The position numbers and the translations under genes are program-made. A model generated the notes under the pieces. The model was not told the DNA's origin, ran no database searches, and saw nothing but the letters and a program-made list of their open reading frames with translations. Shown piece after piece: positions 1-9,027 of a stretch of 64,000 nt of DNA (position 1 is the first letter of the stretch; every line of letters starts with the position of its first letter). Source of the DNA: Bdellovibrionales bacterium (GTDB taxonomy: Bacteria; Bdellovibrionota; Bdellovibrionia; Bdellovibrionales; UBA1609); the NCBI GenBank assembly GCA_965219095.1, contig CBDCMT010000001.1, forward strand, positions 1,856,001 through 1,920,000, read 5' to 3'.

Positions 1-36
1 TCAAAAAAAACGGAAAACTTAAACGGAAGGAGTATA

Positions 37-106
37 TAGTGCTTCCGTTTAAGTTTTCAAGTTTTTTCTCTAAAGAATCGACCGGAAAATCTAAGCGTAT
101 TCACTA
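37..106. mobile_element. 70-bp miniature derivative of the IS630 'type B' element, abutting another type B end at 13-36
   Basis: TAGTGCTTCCGTTTAAGTTTTC...GAAAATCTAAGCGTATTCACTA matches the ends of the 10084-11222 element; flanked by TA. Confidence 0.7.
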
Positions 107-622
107 TATATCTCTTATTTTTTGATAAAATCTTTTTTCACTAGAACGAATGTCACGAATTCGCTCCATAAGCTCGTCGAAATAATTAACTCCAAGGCTG
201 TAACCGGACTTTAATCTCTCATCATTCATAGTAAAGCCTTTAACTAGATATTCATTCAATCTCTCTGTGGCCCAACGGCGAAATCGAGTTCCTGCGGAAG
301 ATTTGACTCTATATCCGACAGCGAGAATAACCTCTAAATTGTAGTAATCAATGGCTCTTTCTATATTTCTTGACCCTTCGCGGCGAACTGTAAAGTATTT
401 CTTTACAGTTGCCTCTCTGCTCAACTCTTCTTCATTAAAAATATTTTGAATATGAAAGCGAATGTTTTGCTTTGTCGTTTGAAATAACTTTGCCATCAGT
501 TTTTGAGATAGCCAAACTGTTCCTTCTTCAAGTCTAACTTGTATATGGTTTTCTCCGTCTTCTGACTGATAGATCAAAATTTCTGAGTTTGTTGACTGAG
601 GGGGCGTCTTTTTTTTTGCCAT
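104..622 (-). pseudogene. rhuM: RhuM-family (virulence RhuM) protein, 3'-truncated by IS630-B end, copy 1
   Basis: ILIYQ..G...V.LE.GTVWLSQK.MA.LF, YYNLEVILAVGYRVKS..GT.FR.WAT..L.EYLVKGF, RIRDIRSSEKRFYQKI; stop supplied by the IS end. Confidence 0.85.
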
Positions 623-632
623 ATTTTAAATT

Positions 633-727
633 CCTAACTGCAATTCACTAGTGCAACATTTTCTCTCATCATAACCGCATAAGGTGTTAACCAGTCAAGA
701 CATTTCATGGGCCTATTGTTAATTTCA
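633..727 (-). pseudogene. IS30-family transposase C-terminal remnant (also at 11749-11843)
   Basis: Minus-strand translation EINNRPMKCLDWLTPYAVMMRENVALVNCS*, typical of the IS30 C-terminus (NNRP.K.L.W.TP). Confidence 0.65.
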
Positions 728-1078
728 AATTAGTGCCTCATAATGAGACGGAAAAACTCTTTATATACTAACCGTGTTTCAAAAACTCTTTTTCTAGCAA
801 GATAAAAAGGGGGTTTTTAAAGTGTGGTAAGTATATTTCAACAAATTAAAAATAATTGGAAAAAAGTTTAAAAGATTAGGTTATTTTAAGTGAGCCAGAT
901 TATATTTTTAAATTTTGAAGCAATACCTAAGTTTTCAACTTAGAACTCAAGAACAGAAGCTTCTGAAAAATATATAAAAGTCAAAACTCGGATTAGTAAG
1001 CTCCTTTTTGTGAGCTTACTTCTTAGATGAGTTTAACTCTTCTAATCAGAGTTTTTAAGTCCCAGCCTTTCAAAAAGG

Positions 1079-1282
1079 ATGGTCATCCATGTAAGCATAA
1101 AATCAAGGCTTACTGGAGTCATTTTGCCTCTGGTTTCGGTGATTGGACTGGTGGTAGCCACCTTTAGCTTTATTACAGGAAACCCTAACGCAAAACAGCA
1201 CATAATCTATGCCCTCGTGGGAACCGTCATAAGCTTTGGTGCTTCGTCTATCATTGATTTTATTAGGTTTACGGTATATTAA
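1079..1282 (+). pseudogene. TrbC/VirB2-type conjugative pilin fragment, copy 1
   Basis: Two hydrophobic helices ILPLVSVIGLVVATFSFITG...IIYALVGTVISFGASSIIDFI; no signal peptide, so probably 5'-eroded. Confidence 0.5.
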
Positions 1283-1344
1283 TTTCATAATTCGGATTTC
1301 AGGCTAGTATGACTTCAATCACATTAGCCATGTTGGTAAAAATT

Positions 1345-1440
1345 AAAAAAGTATTTAAAAGAAAATCTGTAAGAGCAAGACTTTTATCTTAAAACAGGTC
1401 TAAAGTTAGGGATAACTGAACAATGTAGGTGAGCAGTTAC
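1345..1440 (-). mobile_element. Isolated IS66-family (ISBst12-like) left-end fragment, inverted
   Basis: Exact reverse complement of 1894-1989, ending ...GTGAGCAGTTAC. Confidence 0.9.
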
Positions 1441-1637
1441 GTTTTATCATTATTACTCAAAGCATAGAGGTCATAGATTACAAGGTCACTTGTTTTTGGA
1501 GTTCCCCAAGGATAACCTCCAACCCAATGTTTTGAGTGAATCTCAAGCTTAGGGAATTTGTCTAGTTTTAGATTGTGTTCTTTAGCAAAAAGAGTAATAG
1601 GAAGCAAAGCAACTATAAGTAATTTTATTTTCTTCAT
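1437..1637 (-). pseudogene. Small exported protein, truncated by the IS66 end
   Basis: Signal-peptide-like MKKIKLLIVALLPITLFA; stop codon lies within the IS66 terminus. Confidence 0.55.
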
Positions 1638-1643
1638 ACACGT

Positions 1644-1877
1644 TTAATGCTCCTTATCTTTTGGTGGATTTGGATCATTTCCATAAGAATCTTTTGATCG
1701 TATTTTTCCATCTCTACCATGTGTGACTACTTCGCCTCTATCTTTTTTAGCAATCGATTTAGCTTTGTCTATAGCATTTTTTTGAGTCTTATAAATCGAA
1801 AGAACTTTGCCATTTTTTGTAGTCTTCCAACCACCATTTTTATTTTTTGAAATATGGATTTGTTTTTTGTTAGCCAT
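1644..1877 (-). CDS. DUF2188 family protein
   Basis: H.....GGW....G......TQ..AI..A..IA.....EVV.HGRDG.IR.KDSYGNDP.PP.D signature. Confidence 0.85.
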   Translation of the reverse strand: MANKKQIHISKNKNGGWKTTKNGKVLSIYKTQKNAIDKAKSIAKKDRGEVVTHGRDGKIRSKDSYGNDPNPPKDKEH

Positions 1878-1992
1878 AAAATTACCTTTCTGTGTAACTG
1901 CTCACCTACATTGTTCAGTTATCCCTAACTTTAGACCTGTTTTAAGATAAAAGTCTTGCTCTTACAGATTTTCTTTTAAATACTTTTTTCAA

Positions 1993-2289
1993 ATGACAAT
2001 AAATAAGACCTCCATCAGAAATGAGATTGAAAATATAAGAAGTGACTTTGATAAGTTTGCAAAGAAAGGTTCTGTGCCTACTGAGATTTCTGTGATTGTT
2101 GAATCTCTCTTTAAGGTTGTGAACATTCTGATTGTTGTGCTTTTAGAAAAACAGGTTCGAAAAAATTCCAGCAACAGCGGTCTTCTCCCTAAAGGTATGA
2201 GTGGTCCTCTTCAGTATGGTGTAGGCATTAGAGCTTCCATCATCAATTTCATTATACCATTTCCAAAAATTAATTCGACATTCTTTTAA
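1993..2289 (+). pseudogene. IS66 transposase N-terminal fragment (internal deletion removes the zinc-finger part)
   Basis: KNSSNSGL motif fused directly to PKGMSGPLQYG, compared with 48401-49036. Confidence 0.85.
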
Positions 2290-3662
2290 CGCATAGCGTC
2301 CTGGCTTTTTAATCAAACTCTGCTACATTTTTAGAGTCATGTCGAAAAAAGATTTAGTTACACAGATTCAAGGGTATGATTTTCTAGCTACTTACAAAGT
2401 GGAAAGAAGTGCCAACATCAAGATAAAACTTCAAGCTTTGCACCATATGCAAAAAGGAAAATCGATTCAAGAAACAGCAGGTATGGTTTTGTATCACCGT
2501 CACAGTATCAAATCCTGGTTACAGTCTTTTGTAGACTTTGATTACGAGGGATTGATAGATCGAAAAGGCAGAGGACGTAAACCCCGTTTGCCAGTGACAG
2601 AAGAAGAGAACTTCAAAATCAAGTTAGATGAAATTCAAGACACAAGAGAAGGAGGAAGCATAGGAGCAAAGGGAATACAGGAACTTTTAGCAGATGAATT
2701 TGACTGTTGCTATTCTCTTTCTGGGGTTTATGTTTCTTTAGACCGTCTTAATATTGTATGGATCAGTGGTCGTTCTCTTCATCCTAAAACTTCACAAGAA
2801 GCTATGGAACAGTTTAAGGAACATTTTCCAGAAGAGGTGGAGAAAATAAAGGAAAAGATTCAGACTCATAAAATAGAGATTTGGTGGCAGGATGAATGCA
2901 GAATAGGCCAGCAAGGTTCTTTAAGCAGGATTTGGGCAAGAAAAGGCACACGACCTAGAGTTGTGAGACAAAGACAATTTTTATCCACTTATATTTTTGG
3001 AGCAGTTTGTCCGGATAAAGATAAAGGCTGTGCTTGGATTTTACCGGAATGTAATTCAGGGATGATGCAAATTCACTTAGATGAGATATCTAAAAATATT
3101 CAAGAAAACTATCATGGAATTGTTTTAATGGACAGAGCCAGTTGGCATACCACAGAGACTTTGATAGTTCCTAAGAATTTATCCCTGATGCCTTTACCTC
3201 CTTATAGTCCAGAATTAAATCCCATGGAACAAGTCTGGCAACAATTACGAAGGATCAAATTATCGAATGCATGTTTTAAAAACTATGACCATATACTGAA
3301 TACTTGTTGTGAGGCCTGGAATACTTTTTGCGATCAGGAGGGCAGGATTAAAAAATTATGCACTCGATCTTGGGCAAAACAACAAGATGAATCAAGCTTG
3401 TAAATTAATTTGAACCTATAAATTAAATTGCGTAACTGATTTTTTTCATTTTACATCTTAACCTCACTTTTTTACACTTATTTTAACCCATCAATCGATT
3501 CACACAACAATAGATATACATAAAATAAACATATCTTATGAAAACTCAACCTCCCTTCAAAAAAAACTTTTTTAAAGCCTCCTAATTGAAACTTTTCCTT
3601 AAGTCAATTTTAAAATTTTAAATTTGAACATAAAAATGTCGAATTAATTTCTGTAATTGGTA
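2255..3662 (+). mobile_element. IS630-family element 'type A', intact copy
   Basis: Ends TACCATTTCCAAAAATTAATTCGACAT...ATGTCGAATTAATTTCTGTAATTGGTA; TTA duplicated. Confidence 0.93.
2339..3403 (+). CDS. IS630-family transposase
   Basis: HTH N-terminus; WQDE...MDRASWH...LPPYSPELNPMEQVW DDE motifs. Confidence 0.95.
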   Translation: MSKKDLVTQIQGYDFLATYKVERSANIKIKLQALHHMQKGKSIQETAGMVLYHRHSIKSWLQSFVDFDYEGLIDRKGRGRKPRLPVTEEENFKIKLDEIQDTREGGSIGAKGIQELLADEFDCCYSLSGVYVSLDRLNIVWISGRSLHPKTSQEAMEQFKEHFPEEVEKIKEKIQTHKIEIWWQDECRIGQQGSLSRIWARKGTRPRVVRQRQFLSTYIFGAVCPDKDKGCAWILPECNSGMMQIHLDEISKNIQENYHGIVLMDRASWHTTETLIVPKNLSLMPLPPYSPELNPMEQVWQQLRRIKLSNACFKNYDHILNTCCEAWNTFCDQEGRIKKLCTRSWAKQQDESSL

Positions 3663-3673
3663 TTATAGTTCAG

Positions 3674-4552
3674 ATGCTGTCTTTTCAACGTGTTGGGGAA
3701 CATTACATGGGGCTTATAGGTCGAATGATTTCTCCTGCAGTTATGTTGAGATACATTGCTGAATTAGGAGAGTTTCTTAAAAGTTGGGAAGAGCAGATGA
3801 AAGAAAAGATACTTGAATCAGAGGTCATTCATGTTGATGAGACCTCTATGAGGGTTAAGGGTAAAAACTACTGGATTCATACTTATAGTTCAGGAGAATT
3901 AGTCTTGCAGTTTCTCCACCTTTCAGGTGGAAGGGAAGCCATAAAAGATATTGGTCTCTTGGATAGATATGCAGGAGTGCTTGTGCATGATTGTTGGAGT
4001 CCTTACTTTTGTTATGATAAGATAACTCATGCTTTGTGTGTGGCTCACCTTTTGAGAGAGCTTAAATTTATAGAAGAAAGCAATGGATTCAAATGGGCTA
4101 CAAATCTCAAAAAACTTCTTAAAGAGACTGTGGAGTTAGTTCATAAAAAAGAGTCAAGAGTTCTGACTCAAAAAGAGTACGAAACTCTTCAGAGAAGGTA
4201 TAGGAGTATTCTTACAAAAGGCTTAAAAGAGCTTCCAGAATTTCCTAAGAAAAATGGCAAGAAAGGACGAATAAAGCATACACAAGCTCAAAACCTTTGG
4301 CTGCGATTTAAAAAGTATGAAGCAGAAATACTGTGTTTTGCTAAAAGAAAGAACGTAGATCCTACTAATAACAGAGCTGAAAGAAATCTAAGAATGACTA
4401 AGGTGAAAAAGAAAGTGTCAGGGTGTTTCAGAACAGAAGAAATGGCGAAATATTTTTGTCGTATTACCAGCTATGTTAAAACAATGAGAAATAGAGGGTA
4501 TTCTTCTTTAGAAGCCATCTCTATGGCTTTAAATAAAAACTTACGAGAGTGA
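3674..4552 (+). pseudogene. IS66 transposase C-terminal (catalytic) part
   Basis: HVDETS, LVHDCW, C.AHLLREL, PTNNRAER.LR..KVK.KVSG.FR. Confidence 0.9.
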
Positions 4553-4568
4553 GCAGTTACCTTTCTGT

Positions 4569-4794
4569 TTAATATTGAAATTTATAAACATACCAATATC
4601 ATGTTCTAAGCCAGCTCCTCCAGGCGAAGAATGACACTCATTCATGTTCTTTAGCCAACTCATCTTCTATGGTTTGGGTCTCAGATTTTGAGTCGTAAGG
4701 TCCGTACGTCTCCCAGTTCCTAAGTCGGGGTGTTTTGTTTCCTACTCCTCTCTTCTCCTTTTTGGGTTTGTTGTGATTCTACTCTGCAAGGCAT
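4569..4794 (-). pseudogene. Frameshifted small protein, paralogue of the 6260-6438 gene (GIY-YIG-like)
   Basis: AAGGAG RBS; conceptual translation MPCRV(G)ITTNPKRRREE*ETKHPDL(R)NWETYGPYDSKSETQTIEDELAKEH.ECHSSPGGAGLEHD.WYVYKFQY* needs about 4 frameshifts. Confidence 0.6.
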
Positions 4795-4846
4795 AAAAAT
4801 TTCTCCTTTACTTCTTTTATAATAATCGTGAGAATATCCATAGTAA

Positions 4847-6259
4847 TACCATTTCCAAAAATTAATTCGACATTTTTTTAACTCATTGCGTCCTGGCTTT
4901 TTGATAAAACTCTGTTAAATTTTTAGAGTCATGTCGAAAAAAGATTTAGTTACACAGATTCAAGGGTATGATTTTCTGGCTACTTACAAAGTAGAAAGAA
5001 GTGCCAACATCAAGACAAAATTATTGGCTTTGCAGCATATGCAAGAAGGAAAATCGATTCAAGAAACAGCAGGTATGGTTTTGTATCACCGTCACAGTAT
5101 CAAATCCTGGTTACAGTCTTTTTTTGTAGACTTTGATTACGAGGGATTGATAGATCGAGAAGGCAGAGGACGCAAGCCTCGTTTGCCAGTAACAGAAGAA
5201 GAGAGGTTCAAAATCAAGTTGATGAAATTCAAGACAAAAGAGAGGGAGGAAGCATAGGAGCAAAGGAAATACAGAAACTTTTAGCAGATGAATTTGACTG
5301 TTGCTATTCTCTTTCTGGGGTTTATGTTTCTTTAGACCGCCTTAATATTGTATGGATCAGTGGTCGTTCTCTTCATCCTAAAAGTTCATTAAGAAGCTAT
5401 GGAACAGTTTAAGGAACATTTTCCAGAAGAGGTGGAGAAAATAAAAGAAAAGATTCAGACTCATAAAATAGAGATTTGGTGGCAGGATGAATGCAGAATA
5501 AGCTCAGCAAGGTTCTTTGAGCAGGATTTGGGCAAGAAAAGGCACACGGCCTAGAGTTGTGAGGCAAAGACAATTTTTATCCACTTATATTTTTGGAGCA
5601 GTTTGTCCGTATAAAGATAAAGGCTGTGCTTGGATTTTACCGGAATGTAATTCAGGGATGATGCAAATTCACTTAGATGAGATATCTAAAAATATTCAAG
5701 AAAACTATCATGGAATTGTTTTAATGGACAGAGCCAGTTGGCATACCACAGAGACTTTGATAGTTCCTAAGAATTTATCCCTGATGCCTTTACCTCCTTA
5801 TAGTCCAGAATTAAATCCCATGGAACAAGTCTGGCAACAATTACGAAGGATCAAATTATCGAATGCATGTTTTAAAAACTATGACCATATACTGAATACT
5901 TGTTGTGAGGCCTGGAATACTTTTTGCGATCAGGAGGGCAGGATTAAAAAATTATGCACTCGATCTTGGACAAAACAACAAGATGAATCAAGCTTGTAAA
6001 TTAATTTGAACCTATAAATTAAATTGTGTAACTGATTTTTTTCATTTTAAATTTTAACCTCACTTTTTTACACTTATTTTAACCCATCAATCGATTTACA
6101 CAACAAATAGATATACCTGAAATAAACTTATCTTATGAAAACTTAAACTCACCTTAAAAGAAGTTTTTTTAAAACCTCCTAACTGAAACTTTTCCTTAAG
6201 TCAATTTTAAAATTTTAAATTTGAACATGAAAATGTCGAATTAATTTCTGTAATTGGTA
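4847..6259 (+). mobile_element. IS630 type A, frameshifted copy (ORFs 4931-5257, 5517-5999)
   Basis: Near-identical to 2255-3662; TAA duplicated (4844-4846 / 6260-6262). Confidence 0.93.
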
Positions 6260-6438
6260 TAAGGACCTTTTGCCTTTGGTCCCCCTGGGTTATTAGGCTT
6301 TTTGTTTTCCCATTCTTGAGCAGTTTTTTGATCGGGAATTTTTTTTTCGATTTTAAAGTTCTTAACCACAGAATATTCTTGATTTAACTCCTTTTCCCTT
6401 CTTTTAGGGTTGTTTGTAATTCCCCGTCTTTTTGGCAT
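6260..6438 (-). pseudogene. Small GIY-YIG-like protein interrupted by IS630-A (continues at 4846 downward)
   Basis: AAGGAGG RBS; MPKRRGITNNPKRR...AQEWEN...PGGPKAKGP, continued as YYGYSHDYY after removing the IS and one TAA. Confidence 0.65.
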
Positions 6439-6677
6439 TTTGACCTCCTTAATTTAATTGCAAGCATTAGAACAACAGGCCTTATACCCCAGTTAAAATA
6501 TGATGCCGAAATTCTTATGTCAAGGAGAGCAATAGGAAATTTTAGGTAAGTATAGCTTTTAGCAATTACTAAGAATTTATTGCAAAGCATATTTTCAGCG
6601 TTGTACTGAAAACTTTTAGCCATTATGTGCGGCAGTTGTGAGATGTTTGTTTATATCAGCTAGCCCTTAGCCCTGAA

Positions 6678-6695
6678 AAAAGTCGAAACTCGGGT
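6678..6695. mobile_element. IS982 terminal-repeat scar
   Basis: AAAAGTCGAAACTCGGGT is the reverse complement of the IS982 end at 60761. Confidence 0.6.
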
Positions 6696-6714
6696 TAATA
6701 TTTTTCTACACTCC

Positions 6715-6836
6715 TTAGGGTAATTCTGTTCTATGTCAATAAATTTTCTTCTCGCATGAGACCAACAAAAAGCAAGATCAATTCCCTTTTTACCCTCAAA
6801 GTGGCTTTTATAACTAAACGTATCCATCTGTTAAAA
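6715..6836 (-). pseudogene. Classical IS66 TnpC remnant
   Basis: LTDGY...GIDLAFCWSHARRKFIDIEQNY. Confidence 0.7.
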
Positions 6837-6897
6837 TAGGCCACTTATAAGACCCCAAGAGTTCTTTAACAGAACAAGTTGAACGGCTCTTACTTAA

Positions 6898-6931
6898 AAT
6901 AAAAACTGTCCACTTTTTTGGGGGAAGATCA
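6898..6931 (+). mobile_element. IS3 right-end scar
   Basis: AAAACTGTCCACTTTTTTGGGGGAAGATCA is the reverse complement of the IS3 end at 46919. Confidence 0.8.
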
Positions 6932-6990
6932 ATAACAAAGTTCATGACAATTATCTGATGCTAATTGTCATGAACTTTGTTATTGATCTT
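6925..6990. repeat. 29-bp perfect inverted repeat with 8-nt loop
   Basis: AAGATCAATAACAAAGTTCATGACAATTA-tctgatgc-TAATTGTCATGAACTTTGTTATTGATCTT. Confidence 0.9.
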
Positions 6991-7415
6991 TGTATGGTGG
7001 AACACCTCTGATTGTAAGAAGTCTTGTTGGCTCGGGATTTACGGCTTTCACAAGCTCTCTTACTCCAATTGTAGCTATGACTATGGTGTCTGTTAAGGCA
7101 AAAACTATGAAATTGGCACGGATGGGAAAAGAACATTTAAGAGGTTAAACCAAGAAGACGATCTAAAATTATACTTTGAATAACCTTTTTGATAGATGTG
7201 GAAGAAATTTAGAAAAATAATCTACTCTTTATGGCATAGAATTTGCTAGTATAAGAGAATATGCTTCCAAAGTTAATAGACAACTCAAGATACTCTTTAA
7301 GTGCGATTATCGGACAAGTTTTTTCAAACTATAAATATCGAAGCAGTTGGAGTATTTTAAGGGAAATTCAAGCTTATATAGAAGATAAAAACCATGTTTT
7401 CAACAAGGGGCGTAA

Positions 7416-9005
7416 ATGAAGACTTCTAGAAATTTAATATCAATAGATAAAGCAGTTCAAGTGGCAAGCCGTTGGACAAAAAAAACCTTAACTCAATCTA
7501 ACATTTCCTACCTTGTGCAATATGGGAGACTAGAAAAACATAAAATTAATGGACAAACGCTTATTAGTCAAAATGAACTAGAAAAGTATTATAAAGAAAT
7601 GTCCTTCTCTAAAGAGACAGAATGGAAGCAGAAATTAGGAAGTGATTTAAACTGGTCGCTTTCATTTTCTAATTATCGGGAAAAAGAAACAACAAAACAC
7701 GTCCATAGATTGCACCCTTATAAAGGAAAATTTATCCCCCAGCTCGTGGAGTATTTTTTAGATTCAAAGGTGGATTCGTTTAAAAAGAAACCTTACTTTA
7801 AAAAGGGAGACATTGTTATTGATCCATTTTGTGGAAGTGGAACAACTCTAGTTCAAGCAAACGAACTAGGAATAAATTGCTTAGGAATTGACATTTCTAT
7901 TTTTAATACGCTTATTAGCAATATTAAATGTCAACCACATAATATTCAATTAGTGCAAGAAACATTAAATAATTTAACAAAAAATTTAGATAACTTTAGT
8001 CGAAATAAAATGGTTAGAGGGTTTTCAAATGAACTTTCAAGATTCTTATTGAAGTTTAACCAAAAATACTTCCCGTCTCCTCAATTTAAAAGAGATGTGC
8101 TTGCGAAAAAAATAAATGATAAAATCTATGGAGAAGAAAAGGCTAAAATTTTTCTACAGACGTTTAAAAGAATTTTAAATAAATATAATGTTCAATTAGA
8201 TCAAAATAAAGAAGGAGGTGACTTTCTTGATACTTGGTTTTTACTTCCTATTCGAAAGGAAATTGACTTTATGTCATCTCAGTTAGAATCAATAAGAGAT
8301 GATAGCATTCGACAACTGATCATGATTATTTTAAGTCGGACCATTCGATCTTGTAGAGCTACTACTCATTCCGATTTGGGCACTCTTAAAAAAGCTATTA
8401 ACAAGCCCTATTATTGTAAAAAACATGGAAAAATTTGCAACCCTATATTATCTATCTCTAAGAGGTGGAATCAATATTGTAAAGATACGATAAGCCGCTT
8501 AGAAGAGTTTAGTCAATTAAGAACAAAAACTCAACAATTGGCCATTACTGGAGATAGCAGAACAGTTGATATACTAAAAAGACTTAAAAAACAAGATTTT
8601 TCATTTTATAAATTATTAAAAAATAAAAAAATAAAAGGAATTTTTACAAGCCCTCCTTATGTTGGCCTTATTGATTACCATGAGCAACACGCCTATTCAT
8701 ACGATTTATTTGGACTTGAGAGAAAAGATGATCTTGAAATTGGGCCTTTATTTAAAGGACAAGGAAGAGATGCAAAAAACTCTTATGCTGATAGTATTTC
8801 AAAGGTTCTTCTAAACTGTAAAAAGTTTATGCAAGATGATTTTGATATACTTCTAGTTGCAAACGATAAGTATAACCTTTATCCAGAGATTGCTGAAAAA
8901 GCTAAGCTAAAAATTACTCAGAAATATAAGAGACCTGTCTTGAATCGTATTGAAAAAGATCGTTCAGCTTATAGTGAATATATTTTTCATATGAAGAGTA
9001 TATAA
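7416..9005 (+). CDS. Type II DNA methyltransferase, probably N4-cytosine, with N-terminal HTH-like extension
   Basis: HPYKGKFIP, DPFCGSGTT (motif I), TSPPY (motif IV). Confidence 0.9.
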   Translation: MKTSRNLISIDKAVQVASRWTKKTLTQSNISYLVQYGRLEKHKINGQTLISQNELEKYYKEMSFSKETEWKQKLGSDLNWSLSFSNYREKETTKHVHRLHPYKGKFIPQLVEYFLDSKVDSFKKKPYFKKGDIVIDPFCGSGTTLVQANELGINCLGIDISIFNTLISNIKCQPHNIQLVQETLNNLTKNLDNFSRNKMVRGFSNELSRFLLKFNQKYFPSPQFKRDVLAKKINDKIYGEEKAKIFLQTFKRILNKYNVQLDQNKEGGDFLDTWFLLPIRKEIDFMSSQLESIRDDSIRQLIMIILSRTIRSCRATTHSDLGTLKKAINKPYYCKKHGKICNPILSISKRWNQYCKDTISRLEEFSQLRTKTQQLAITGDSRTVDILKRLKKQDFSFYKLLKNKKIKGIFTSPPYVGLIDYHEQHAYSYDLFGLERKDDLEIGPLFKGQGRDAKNSYADSISKVLLNCKKFMQDDFDILLVANDKYNLYPEIAEKAKLKITQKYKRPVLNRIEKDRSAYSEYIFHMKSI

Positions 9006-9027
9006 TTAATAAGGAAAGGATTAAAAA

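Larger units (their letters stand above)
102..1354. repeat. ~1.25-kb direct duplication, copy 1 (copy 2 at 11218-12470)
   Basis: Identical ORF translations at offset 11116; only one substitution noticed (near 161/11277). Confidence 0.95.
1894..4560 (+). mobile_element. IS66-family (ISBst12-like) element, copy 1; internally deleted and interrupted by IS630-A
   Basis: GTAACTGCTCAC...GTGAGCAGTTAC ends; 8-bp TSD CTTTCTGT (1886-1893 / 4561-4568); HVDET, VHDCW, C.AHLLREL, TNNRAER motifs. Confidence 0.93.

Noticed and set aside
6384..6623. 79-aa ORF as a further operon member
   Set aside because: Overlaps the RBS-supported 6438 gene in another frame; no motif
6951..7136. 61-aa minus-strand ORF; possible plus-strand VirB6/TrbL-like tail (YGGTPLIV...)
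   Set aside because: The ORF looks random; the plus-strand fragment is too short to assign
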